From contig JBAZCF010000008.1 in the NCBI GenBank assembly GCA_041671045.1, positions 16,762 to 80,761 of the forward strand: DNA of 64,000 nt, read 5' to 3'. The position numbers were made by a program, and so were the translations under genes. The notes under the pieces are model-generated. The model was not told where the DNA came from and ran no database searches. It saw nothing but the letters and a program-made list of their open reading frames with translations. Of this stretch, positions 27,514 through 36,456 are shown in pieces; the stretch's first letter is position 1, and the number at the start of each line of letters is the position of its first letter. The DNA is from Parachlamydiales bacterium. Lineage in GTDB: Bacteria; Chlamydiota; Chlamydiia; Chlamydiales; JABDDJ01.

Positions 27514-28270
27514 GGCTTTTAATAACGGTTAAGGGTGAAAAGGCTTGTGATACTGGCATTAACTCTATCGTATTGATATTTACATGAGGAGGCAGAGCGG
27601 CACAGAAAAAGATTGTTTCCGCCACATCTGCCGGTAGTAGGGGCTCGGTGTTATCATAAACTTGCTTTACTTTGGAGGTATCTCCACGAAAGCGCACTAA
27701 GGAAAATTCCGTTCCGCCCACTAACCCGGGCTCGATGCAGCTGACACGCACTGCAGTCCCTAGCAGATCTGAACGAAGGTTTAAGGAAAATTGCTGCACG
27801 AAGGCTTTTACGCCTCCATAGACATTTGCACCGGGATAGGGATAAGTCCCTGCAACTGAACCCATATTTATTATATGACCTTTATTTTTCGCGACCATGA
27901 AGGGTAATACAGTGTGTGTGCAATAGATTAGTCCGTTGATATTCACATCTATGCATTTCTCCCAGTCTTCAATATCGGCTTTCTGAGCTGGCGACAATCC
28001 GAAAGCTCCCCCTGCGTTATTGACTAGCAGATCAATATTTCCTTCAGTCTCATAGATTTTGGCGAAGGTTTCTTCTACCGCAGGAAGGGAGGTAACGTCC
28101 AATTCATAGAAGGATACTGTAGACTCGCCTATTTCCTTACATAGTTCTTGCAGCCTATCCTTTCTACGGGCTAACAGAATCACTCGCCAGCCAGCGCTTG
28201 CAAAGCGTTTAGCTGAAGCGGCGCCAATTCCGGAAGATGCACCCGTTATCACTACAATATTTTGTGACAT
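27506..28270 (-). CDS. short-chain dehydrogenase/reductase (YdfG-like)
   Basis: VITGASSGIG, NNAG, YGGVKAF (YxxxK). Confidence 0.9.
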   Translation of the reverse strand: MSQNIVVITGASSGIGAASAKRFASAGWRVILLARRKDRLQELCKEIGESTVSFYELDVTSLPAVEETFAKIYETEGNIDLLVNNAGGAFGLSPAQKADIEDWEKCIDVNINGLIYCTHTVLPFMVAKNKGHIINMGSVAGTYPYPGANVYGGVKAFVQQFSLNLRSDLLGTAVRVSCIEPGLVGGTEFSLVRFRGDTSKVKQVYDNTEPLLPADVAETIFFCAALPPHVNINTIELMPVSQAFSPLTVIKSHA

Positions 28271-28397
28271 TACAACCTCATTAAAAAAAATAAATTACAC
28301 TGCAAACTTTACTAAAAGCAAGAATTTCATTGCATTTTATCATATTTATCGTTGATAGTGGTTGATTATTAATCATTAATAACTCGAGTTTTTTACG

Positions 28398-28520
28398 ATG
28401 AAAATGCTCTCAGTTTTGTTTATTGCTTTGACTTTCACACTAGGTTTTTACATTGAAAAACCTTTGGCTGATTCTGTTCACTATGCATGCGGTGAAGACT
28501 GCAACTGTGGTCCCCGCTAG
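28398..28520 (+). CDS. possible 40-aa secreted Cys-containing peptide (below ORF-track cutoff)
   Basis: my translation: MKMLSVLFIALTFTLGFYIEKPLADSVHYACGEDCNCGPR; no clear RBS. Confidence 0.25.
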   Translation: MKMLSVLFIALTFTLGFYIEKPLADSVHYACGEDCNCGPR

Positions 28521-28592
28521 TAAGCGCCCTGCATACTTGATTAATAATCTTCGGTAAAATAAGGTAATTTTTTATTTAAACGGAGGTTTATT

Positions 28593-28793
28593 ATGGCTGT
28601 TGCAAAAGTGTTAGAAATAATATGTGAAGGCAAATCGATCGAAGATGCTTTAGAGTCCGGTGTACAGGAAGTCTCTAAAACCGTTCGTGAAGTGAAGCAG
28701 ATCAATGTCGACCATGTCGAAGCCAAAGTTAAAGGTGGCAAGATAGTTTTATATCGTGTCATCGCTAGGGTAACTTTTGTTGTAGAAACCTAA
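28593..28793 (+). CDS. dodecin-family flavin-binding protein
   Basis: 66 aa; size and pattern KVLEIICEGKSIEDAL...YRVIARVTFVVE match dodecin by recall. Confidence 0.7.
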   Translation: MAVAKVLEIICEGKSIEDALESGVQEVSKTVREVKQINVDHVEAKVKGGKIVLYRVIARVTFVVET

Positions 28794-28817
28794 GATCTTT
28801 CTTGCCCGTTTTCTCTA

Positions 28818-28841
28818 TTCGGCGCTCGAAGGAGCGCCGAA
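28818..28841 (+). terminator. 10-bp perfect GC-rich hairpin after dodecin gene
   Basis: TTCGGCGCTC gaag GAGCGCCGAA; followed by A-rich not T-rich sequence. Confidence 0.4.
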
Positions 28842-28860
28842 AATAAATTAGGGCAAAACC

Positions 28861-29592
28861 TTGAAATCAATACTCTTAACATTCTTTTTCACTTTCATTC
28901 CCTTTTATTGTCATTGTGAACAATGGGTTATTGTCGCAAATAGCACTGAATTCTCAATGGAACAAGTCAACACTTTCATTCCAAATAAGAAACTCTTGGT
29001 TTTGGATGGAGCCGCCAACCACTTTATGGGGGGTACCCTCTTTCCAAATGTTATTTTGGGCGACTTTGATTCGATCCTAAATGCGGAATATTGGGGTATA
29101 CAAAACCAGTTTGATTCCATTGACAATTGTACGAAGCCTTATCCTGGTTACTTTGGAGTATTGATTGTTCCGGCCAAAAACCAGGATTTCACTGATCTAG
29201 AAAAAGGCATTCACTTTTGCGATAGCTCCTTAGCCGATTCTATCGTTATTTTAAATGCCACCGGAGGCAGGTTAGACCATACGCTAGGCAATATTGGATT
29301 TTTGAAGAAGTACTATAGGCCGGATCGTAAGATAACGCTTGTTACTCGTACTGAATGTGTAGAGTATGTGAAAGACGCTACAGTAATGCTTACCGGTCCA
29401 GTTGGGAGTGTTTGCGCTATCCTTGGCTATCCTGAAGCAAAAATGACGACCACAGGACTTACTTATAACGGTCAGAACTATCCTCTAAGTATTGGACTGC
29501 AAGAGAGTATTTGCAACACTTTAGCAGAACCTACAGCAACCATAAACATTCAAGGGGAAGCCCTTGTCATCAGTTGTATCCCTCATGAGTGA
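28861..29592 (+). CDS. thiamine pyrophosphokinase with hydrophobic N-terminus
   Basis: ILGDFDS, DFTDLEKG, ATGGRLDHTLGNI; TTG start. Confidence 0.8.
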   Translation: MKSILLTFFFTFIPFYCHCEQWVIVANSTEFSMEQVNTFIPNKKLLVLDGAANHFMGGTLFPNVILGDFDSILNAEYWGIQNQFDSIDNCTKPYPGYFGVLIVPAKNQDFTDLEKGIHFCDSSLADSIVILNATGGRLDHTLGNIGFLKKYYRPDRKITLVTRTECVEYVKDATVMLTGPVGSVCAILGYPEAKMTTTGLTYNGQNYPLSIGLQESICNTLAEPTATINIQGEALVISCIPHE

Positions 29593-30568
29593 AGACATGA
29601 TAATATTGCCTGAAATATTGGCCGGTGAAGATAAAACCTCCCCTTTCCTGAATTGCATCCGAAACAATTACCGCCATCTGCGCAAATGGGCCAAGAGGAC
29701 AAAGACAAATTGCTTTAGGATTTATGATCGGCACCTGCACCACTATCCTCTTGCTATAGATTTTTATGCAGGAAGGTTTTTAGTCCATTACTTTTCTCGC
29801 CATCGTGAAGATGAAGAGCCCTCTCCTGAACTGTACGCAGAGATCATCACTACTCTGCAAAAGTTATTTGATGCTACCGATGCTGATATCTTTTGGCGTA
29901 CGCGCATACGAAGGGAAAAATACCAGCAATATGAAAAGGTGGGAGAGCATAAAGACTTTTTTACAGTCTATGAATATGGTGTGGCCTTCAAAATAAATTT
30001 ACGAGACTACTTGGATACAGGTCTATTCCTAGACCATCGTGAGACAAGGCATTATGTCGCCTCTATCGCTAAGGGAAAAAGTTTATTGAATCTATTTGCT
30101 TACACAGGCGCTTTCAGTGTGCAGGCAGCCGCAGCAGGTGCGGTTTTCACAAAGACGGTAGATATGTCAAACACATATACAGGCTGGTGTAAAGACAACT
30201 TCATTTTAAATGGCATCTCCCTTAAAAACCACCCTATCGTACGTGAGGACTGCCTAAAATTTTTAGATGACGAACGGGAGAATGGCAATAAGTATGACAT
30301 TATCGTCATAGACCCGCCTACCATTTCACGTTCTAAAAAAATGGACCAGATGTTTGATATTCAAGAGGATTATATCTCGCTTTTGCGCAAAGCAGCGCGA
30401 CTATTGATGCCGGGTGGAGTTATGTTGTTTAGTACGAACTCTCGCCGTTTTGTTTTTGACCTGGATCAGTTCTCTGAATTTGATGTGAGAGATGTTTCTA
30501 ATAAGACGCTGCCACTAGATTTTGCCGATCCTAAAATTCACCGCTGCTGGAAAATCACAAAGAAGTAA
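29585..30568 (+). CDS. class I SAM-dependent RNA methyltransferase, RlmK/RlmL C-terminal-domain-like
   Basis: LNLFAYTGAFSVQAAAAGA, VDMSNTY, IVIDPPTISRSKK; start 29585 or 29597. Confidence 0.75.
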   Translation: MSEDMIILPEILAGEDKTSPFLNCIRNNYRHLRKWAKRTKTNCFRIYDRHLHHYPLAIDFYAGRFLVHYFSRHREDEEPSPELYAEIITTLQKLFDATDADIFWRTRIRREKYQQYEKVGEHKDFFTVYEYGVAFKINLRDYLDTGLFLDHRETRHYVASIAKGKSLLNLFAYTGAFSVQAAAAGAVFTKTVDMSNTYTGWCKDNFILNGISLKNHPIVREDCLKFLDDERENGNKYDIIVIDPPTISRSKKMDQMFDIQEDYISLLRKAARLLMPGGVMLFSTNSRRFVFDLDQFSEFDVRDVSNKTLPLDFADPKIHRCWKITKK

Positions 30569-30625
30569 TAGACATAATATCACGCACTACGATGATTGTC
30601 GTAATGCATGATATCTCAATTTCCA

Positions 30626-31165
30626 CTAACGATGATGTCCACCGCCGCCTACATGGCCATGTCCATGGTCATAATCGTGATGCTCATAACCATGATGATC
30701 GTAATGTTCATGATGGTCATTATAACCCCAATGGTCATTATTCCAGTTTCCATGATAGTCCCCATGACGGTCTCCATACCAGCCCCCTCCACCATTCCAG
30801 CCATCATTCCAACGGTGTTCCCAGTGGCGTCCGTTCCAATAATCGCGGTCCCAGTGTCCGTCATTCCAGTACCAGCCGCCATCTCTTCTATCCCAGCTAC
30901 CGCCTACCCATGCAGCGCCTTCATAAGGGCTAGCAGTCCAGCTGCCAGGTATCCATACCCAGTTGTCATTTGACCAATTCCAATATCCTTGGACCCAAAC
31001 GTAGTTACTGCCGGGGCTAACCGGAACAACTTCTTGCCGTATTGCGGGAGGAGCAACATTGACAACTAAGCTGATAGCAGACAACTGACTGCTTAATACG
31101 AATAGGAGTCCTGTCAGCAGTGGAATGAATCTTTTCATATTATACCTATGTGTGGGTGTATCCAA
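30626..31165 (-). CDS. secreted WxxGxW-repeat protein with His/Gly/Asp-rich C-terminal tail (small paralogue of 14976-16730)
   Basis: 179 aa; signal-like FIPLLTGLLFVLSSQLSA; YVWVQGYWNW, WVWIPGSW, AWVGGSW; tail HHEHYDHHGYEHHDYDHGHGHVGGGGHH. Confidence 0.7.
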   Translation of the reverse strand: MDTPTHRYNMKRFIPLLTGLLFVLSSQLSAISLVVNVAPPAIRQEVVPVSPGSNYVWVQGYWNWSNDNWVWIPGSWTASPYEGAAWVGGSWDRRDGGWYWNDGHWDRDYWNGRHWEHRWNDGWNGGGGWYGDRHGDYHGNWNNDHWGYNDHHEHYDHHGYEHHDYDHGHGHVGGGGHHR

Positions 31166-31580
31166 TGTAAGTCAAAAATGCCCCTAAGGCGACTAGTAGG
31201 CCTGATGCAATGGTGATAACTTTATATTCGCGGTCTTCAAAGAATTTTGCGGCGAATTTTATCACTTGGGCCGGGAATAGAATTCGCAATGCTCCACTTA
31301 AGAAGGTTAGCCAACCTAAAAGAGTGACAATAATCCTCCAATCGGGCGTCCATACGTTGTGGAATTGGACAACGATAAGTCCTATGAGCAAGGAAAGAAA
31401 CCCTGTGATAAATAATATGACAGGATGGGTTGAGATATCGCTCCAGAAAGATCCGTAAATATTTCTATTCAGCAGCACGCCTGCATAAACTACCATCAAT
31501 GTAATCCCAATAATACGAGCTAAAAGATATGAAGTTTCCACGGTTACCCCCGTTGTTTTTTTCGAACATACTCCATTCAA
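31146..31580 (-). CDS. hypothetical 4-TM membrane protein, overlaps start of 30626-31165 by 20 nt
   Basis: ORF track; hydrophobic segments; true start uncertain. Confidence 0.5.
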   Translation of the reverse strand: MNGVCSKKTTGVTVETSYLLARIIGITLMVVYAGVLLNRNIYGSFWSDISTHPVILFITGFLSLLIGLIVVQFHNVWTPDWRIIVTLLGWLTFLSGALRILFPAQVIKFAAKFFEDREYKVITIASGLLVALGAFLTYIGYTHT

Positions 31581-31672
31581 TCAATCAATATAAAGTAAAT
31601 ATTTTAGTAGCTTTCAAAAATACTGTGTGGTATCTCTTTTGGACTATTTTTACAGTATTTTAGGAACTTCTA

Positions 31673-32758
31673 ATGAAAAAATATTTATCTTTTTTTATGT
31701 GTTCAATGCTCCTATCTGCACAGCTGTCGGCGTTTATGCCTTTTGATGATGAGTTTGAAATTGCCGAAGAGGATGAAGAGGTAGATATCGAAGAATTTTC
31801 TGATGTATATGTCCCTAGCTTTACTCCGGGATTTGAATTTGAAATTTCTGTCATGACTTTGAGGCCTACGTTTGGTGATTTAGATTATGCCACAGTCATC
31901 CATCCAGCAGGTGTTAATATAGAAGGCTGGGATGTGAAGGCTGTTAGACCACAATTCACATCAGCCTTTGATTTAGGCCTTGGCTATTATTTCGGTAATT
32001 CAGGAAACAATATCAAGATCAGCTGGCTCCATCATGATACAAAAGACCTTAACACTGTACATAACGAAGCAAACTTCATAGAGCCCCTATTTAGCGCCGG
32101 CGAATTGAATGGACAGTACACACATGCTAAAAGCACATTATGGAACCATTTCGACCGTATACACCTGACTGCAGGACAATATATCGATGCGGGTTCTTCC
32201 TTTAGCCTGCGCGTCTTTGCAGGGGTGGATTTTGCACTATTAAACCAGAAACTGCAGACAAAGTTTGGTAATCATCCTGAGAACATCAAATTATCGATGT
32301 ATCAGAAGTGTAAATTTGTCGGCGGAGGTCCTATCTTAGGACTTAATATGATCTATCATTTCTGCGATGGCCTGGGGCTTATCGGTGAAATTTCAGGAGC
32401 TTGCTTGATGGGTAATCGGCAACGGCATTTATCTTTGAAAGACACCTCTATTGTAGGCGCAGAAGTAGGTTTCGAGCCTGAAACTCGTCAATACATACGG
32501 CCTGACTCTACTACCCAAACCGTTTTTGGCGGTGAGGCTAAGGTGGGCATCAACTATGCCTACAGCTATTGCGACTGTGTTGTAAGAATTGAGGCAGGCT
32601 ACAAAGCGGGCATTTATTTAAATGCGCTTGAAAGCATCAAGCCTTTAACTGTTGCAACAGCTCCTGAGCTAGGGTCTGTAACAGTCCAGTCGATAGGTAA
32701 ATCGATTAGCGACTTTGGTTTTGGCGGCCCCTATGTTACTTTAGGCTTTGATTTTTAA
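31673..32758 (+). CDS. putative outer-membrane beta-barrel porin
   Basis: 361 aa; signal peptide, acidic N-terminal stretch, alternating-hydrophobic strands, C-terminal ...YVTLGFDF ending in Phe. Confidence 0.6.
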   Translation: MKKYLSFFMCSMLLSAQLSAFMPFDDEFEIAEEDEEVDIEEFSDVYVPSFTPGFEFEISVMTLRPTFGDLDYATVIHPAGVNIEGWDVKAVRPQFTSAFDLGLGYYFGNSGNNIKISWLHHDTKDLNTVHNEANFIEPLFSAGELNGQYTHAKSTLWNHFDRIHLTAGQYIDAGSSFSLRVFAGVDFALLNQKLQTKFGNHPENIKLSMYQKCKFVGGGPILGLNMIYHFCDGLGLIGEISGACLMGNRQRHLSLKDTSIVGAEVGFEPETRQYIRPDSTTQTVFGGEAKVGINYAYSYCDCVVRIEAGYKAGIYLNALESIKPLTVATAPELGSVTVQSIGKSISDFGFGGPYVTLGFDF

Positions 32759-32934
32759 TGAGCGATTCCATAGATTCCTAGAGGGATGCCTAAAACGGTG
32801 AAAGCAAGGAAGAAGGTTAGTAGTACGAAGCTTAAAGCTAAGTCCTATTATATCTACTTTTCCTTATGAGCTACTATTGATTAAAATACCCATATTTATT
32901 ATTTATTAAAAATTTCACCGAAGGAATCAAAATT

Positions 32935-33789
32935 ATGTATAAACATTTCATCTACTTTTTATTAGCATTATCTATAACATCAGGTCTTTCGGCTAATAAT
33001 TCATGGTTGGATAATTATTATTATTCGACTGAAGAAGCACGACTAGAGGTCGGATATGCAACGGGTGATTACATCAGTATCGACGAAGATTACACCGAAA
33101 TAGCAGTTTTCTCTCCGATAAGAAATACAATTTTTGAACATCCATTCATCGATGTGCGTAATTACATTTTTAATAATGGTAAGTATGCTGCCAATATCGG
33201 TTTTGGTGTCAGACATAAACTCTGCATGTGTGATGCTGCTGTAGGCATCAACACCTACTATGATTACCGCCGAGGCAACACTAAGCATAGCTTTAATCAG
33301 TGGGGCGTAGGCCTTGAGTACCTAGATCCAAACTATGATATGAGATTGAATACATATTGGGTCTTCGACAACAATAGACATAACTCCAATCGTACACGCC
33401 TTGTTGCTAACGGCAGCACCTTTGCTTCTGAGCGTTTACTTGAATATGCATATTCTGGATTTGACGCTGAGTTCGGCAAAAAGCTTTTCAGCTATGCTGA
33501 CTTTGATTTATATGCTGCAGCAGGTCCTTATTACTACACTCGTTCCAGAATAGAAAACTTCTGGGGTGGTTTTGGACGTGTTGAATTAAACTGGAACTCA
33601 ATGGTTTCATTACAAGTTCGTGTTAGCCACGACGATGTTAACTCTACAAGAGTGCAAGGTATGATTGAAGTGTCAATCCCCCTTTACCAATTCTGCCCTT
33701 GCTCAGTGGAAGAAAGTTGTGTTGACTGGCTTGTGATCCAGCCTGTAAGACGTAATGGCATCATTCTGACTGACCACGTCTGGCATTAA
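32935..33789 (+). CDS. outer-membrane protein resembling an inverse-autotransporter (intimin/invasin-type) beta-barrel, no passenger
   Basis: 284 aa; signal peptide; AANIGFGVRH, VGINTYYDYR, WGVGLEYL, MRLNTYW, SGFDAEF pattern recalls IAT beta-domain. Confidence 0.45.
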   Translation: MYKHFIYFLLALSITSGLSANNSWLDNYYYSTEEARLEVGYATGDYISIDEDYTEIAVFSPIRNTIFEHPFIDVRNYIFNNGKYAANIGFGVRHKLCMCDAAVGINTYYDYRRGNTKHSFNQWGVGLEYLDPNYDMRLNTYWVFDNNRHNSNRTRLVANGSTFASERLLEYAYSGFDAEFGKKLFSYADFDLYAAAGPYYYTRSRIENFWGGFGRVELNWNSMVSLQVRVSHDDVNSTRVQGMIEVSIPLYQFCPCSVEESCVDWLVIQPVRRNGIILTDHVWH

Positions 33790-33795
33790 TTTGCC

Positions 33796-33828
33796 TGACA
33801 GCAACTTCCCTCCGGGAAGTTGCTGTCA
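33796..33828. terminator. 15-bp perfect stem hairpin shared by convergent genes 32935-33789 (+) and 33843-33998 (-)
   Basis: TGACAGCAACTTCCC tcc GGGAAGTTGCTGTCA. Confidence 0.7.
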
Positions 33829-33842
33829 ATCTTGAACTCTTC

Positions 33843-33998
33843 TTAGGATTTCTTCCCTTTCTTTTGTATTTTCGTTCCGGATTTTCTTGCTTGATTCAAA
33901 GCTATAGCCACGGCTTGTTTTTGTGGTTTACCATGATGTACTTCAGTGCGTATATTTTCACTGATTGTTTCTTTGCTGGAGCCTTTTTTTAGCGGCAT
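33843..33998 (-). CDS. small basic protein, 51 aa (below ORF-track cutoff)
   Basis: my translation [51 protein letters not shown]; strong AGGAGG 7 nt upstream of the ATG. Confidence 0.6.
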   Translation of the reverse strand: MPLKKGSSKETISENIRTEVHHGKPQKQAVAIALNQARKSGTKIQKKGKKS

Positions 33999-34249
33999 AA
34001 TCCCTCCTGAAATTAGGGGTTTATTCCCGTGATAATTTCTTAATCTCGGGTTATATTTATGAATTAATAAATTAGATTATTATTGTCAAAAAAAAATCTA
34101 AAGATGATCGTACAGAAAAATGTGAGTTTTACGTTAGAGCTAAGAATGAGCTTAGCTAATCTTAGCTAATAGACGTATCTGTATTTTACCTGCGATGATT
34201 GCTTTTCTCTCGAAATAGTGCCTCTTAAATAAATTTAAAGAGTGAGAAG

Positions 34250-35050
34250 ATGCATACGGTTTGGAAAGGTTCATTAAGCTTTGGCTTGGTTAATATTCCT
34301 GTACGCATGTACACGGCTAGCAGAGAGAGAGAGCTGAAGTTTGTCTTGCTGCATAAAAAAGATCTATCGCAGATAAGGTATGCCCGCATTTGTAAAAATG
34401 AAGAAAAAGAAGTGCCTTGGGATGAGATTGTCAAAGGATACGAATATCAGAAGGGTGATTTTGTCATTTTAGACGATAAAGATTTCGAGAAAGTCGATGT
34501 GAAAAAAAGTAAGTCCATTGAAATTGTCAATTTTATAGACGAAGAAGAAATAGATCCTATTTATTTTGTTAAACCTTACTTTTTAGAGCCTGATAAAGAG
34601 GCGGGTAATGCTTATTCGCTGCTGAGGGACGCCATGAAAAAGTCTAAGAAAGTTGCTTTAGCAAGGTATGTGATAAGAAATCACGAACATTTAGCCGCTG
34701 TGAAAGTACATGACAATATGTTGTTACTGATAGAGATGCGGTACTGTGATGAATTAGTTCAGCCAGAAGACTTAAAAATTCCGACGGTAAAATCTGAGAA
34801 TAAGCAATTAGAGATGGCTATAAAGTTTATTGAACAACTGACAGTTCCATTTGTGCCGGAAGATTATAAAGATACCTACACTGAAGAGCTTAAAGAGGTC
34901 ATTGAAAAAAAAGCTAAAGGTAAGACAATCCAACCTAAATCAGGGGAACCTAAAAAAACAAAAGTGCATGACATTATGGCTTTATTGCAGGCCAGCCTTG
35001 AAGGGACAAAAAAGAAACCTGCACCTAAGTCTGGGAAAAAGTCTGCATGA
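34250..35050 (+). CDS. ku: Ku protein (bacterial NHEJ)
   Basis: WKGSLSFGLVNIPVRMYTA; Lys-rich C-terminal tail. Confidence 0.9.
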   Translation: MHTVWKGSLSFGLVNIPVRMYTASRERELKFVLLHKKDLSQIRYARICKNEEKEVPWDEIVKGYEYQKGDFVILDDKDFEKVDVKKSKSIEIVNFIDEEEIDPIYFVKPYFLEPDKEAGNAYSLLRDAMKKSKKVALARYVIRNHEHLAAVKVHDNMLLLIEMRYCDELVQPEDLKIPTVKSENKQLEMAIKFIEQLTVPFVPEDYKDTYTEELKEVIEKKAKGKTIQPKSGEPKKTKVHDIMALLQASLEGTKKKPAPKSGKKSA

Positions 35051-36441
35051 GCTTAATTAATTATAAAGCCAAGAGGCTGTTAGAAGAAAGCAAGGAACCG
35101 GCCGGAAAAGTAAAAAAAACGTCGGGAGCACTACGTTTTGTGGTACAGCGGCATGATGCTAGGCATTTGCACTTTGATTTTAGGCTAGAGTTTAAAGGTG
35201 TTTTACTTAGCTGGGCAGTTCCTAAGGAACCTTCCATGGATCCCTCGGTGAAAAGGCTTGCTATTCACGTGGAAGACCACCCATTAGACTACCAATATTT
35301 TGAAGGTACTATCCCTAAAGGAAACTATGGAGCCGGAACTGTCGAAATATGGGATAAAGGAACTTACACTGTTCCTGATTGCAAATCAAAGCACGAAGAG
35401 GAGAAAAAAATCTCCACAGGAATGGCTAAAGGGCATATCGATTTCACATTGGATGGTGAACAGCTCCAAGGAACTTTTGCTTTAATTAGACTTCAGAATG
35501 CAGAGGCTAAAGATCAGTGGCTGCTCATAAAAAAAGATGAAGAAAAGAAAGCGCCTAAAAAAAAAGTCTCTGACAATGTAGTTTCAAAAGGGAAAAAAAG
35601 CCCTTTTCCCCACTCTATTTCTCCTATGCTAGCTACACTTGCAACGGCCCCCTTCGATAATGAAGACTGGCTGTTCGAAATTAAGTGGGATGGATATCGG
35701 GCTGTAGCTTATCTGCAAAAGAATACTATTCAACTGCTCTCACGGAACGATCTTGATTTCAATTCCCGTTTTAAAAGCATTGTAGAAGCTTTGAAAGAAA
35801 TTCCCGCTGAATGCATTTTAGATGGGGAATTGGTGGTGCTCGATGATAAAGGTAAATCTAGATTCCAACTGATGCAAAATTACCAAAAAACCGGGAAAGG
35901 CAATATTGTCTATTATATTTTCGACATTATGTTTAAGGATGGCATGGACTTAAGAGATATGCCGTTGGTCGACCGTAAGTCCCTCTTGAAAAAGTTATTA
36001 GATCCTATCAAATCCCCTCTACTACGTTATAGCGACCATATACTTACCCAGGGTACTGCATTTTTCAAGGCGGCGTTGAAAAATGGATTGGAAGGCATTA
36101 TGGCCAAGCGTATTCAGAGTTTATATCATTCACGAAGAAGTAAAGAATGGCTCAAAATCAAAAGCTCTCATAGGCAGGAATTGGTTATTGGAGGGTTTAC
36201 AGCTCCACGTGGAGGGCGTCAACTTTTAGGCGCTTTATTGGTAGGATTCTATGAAAACGATAAGTTAAGGTATGCAGGACATGTGGGGGGTGGGTTTACA
36301 GCTAGCCTTCTGAAAGATATTTATGAACAGTTAAAGCCGCTGGAGCAGAGTGAATGCCCTTTTATAGTTAGACCTAAGCCTAATGAAAAAGTGACGTGGG
36401 TAAAACCCAGACTTATTTGCGAAGTATCTTTTGCAGAGTAG
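35047..36441 (+). CDS. ligD: LigD phosphoesterase + ATP-dependent DNA ligase domains (ends at in-frame TAG)
   Basis: FVVQRHDARHLHFDFRLE, SWAVPKEPS (PE); EIKWDGYR (KxDG), GLEGIMAKR, EWLKIK (ligase). Confidence 0.85.
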   Translation: MSLINYKAKRLLEESKEPAGKVKKTSGALRFVVQRHDARHLHFDFRLEFKGVLLSWAVPKEPSMDPSVKRLAIHVEDHPLDYQYFEGTIPKGNYGAGTVEIWDKGTYTVPDCKSKHEEEKKISTGMAKGHIDFTLDGEQLQGTFALIRLQNAEAKDQWLLIKKDEEKKAPKKKVSDNVVSKGKKSPFPHSISPMLATLATAPFDNEDWLFEIKWDGYRAVAYLQKNTIQLLSRNDLDFNSRFKSIVEALKEIPAECILDGELVVLDDKGKSRFQLMQNYQKTGKGNIVYYIFDIMFKDGMDLRDMPLVDRKSLLKKLLDPIKSPLLRYSDHILTQGTAFFKAALKNGLEGIMAKRIQSLYHSRRSKEWLKIKSSHRQELVIGGFTAPRGGRQLLGALLVGFYENDKLRYAGHVGGGFTASLLKDIYEQLKPLEQSECPFIVRPKPNEKVTWVKPRLICEVSFAE

Positions 36442-36456
36442 ACGGAGGACAATATT

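Noticed and set aside
30592-30973. Plus-strand ORFs 30592-30933 and 30608-30973 rich in His, Met and Ile
   Set aside because: They are antisense or alternate-frame shadows of the His/Gly/Asp-rich tail of the minus-strand gene 30626-31165, which has a signal peptide and WxxGxW units.
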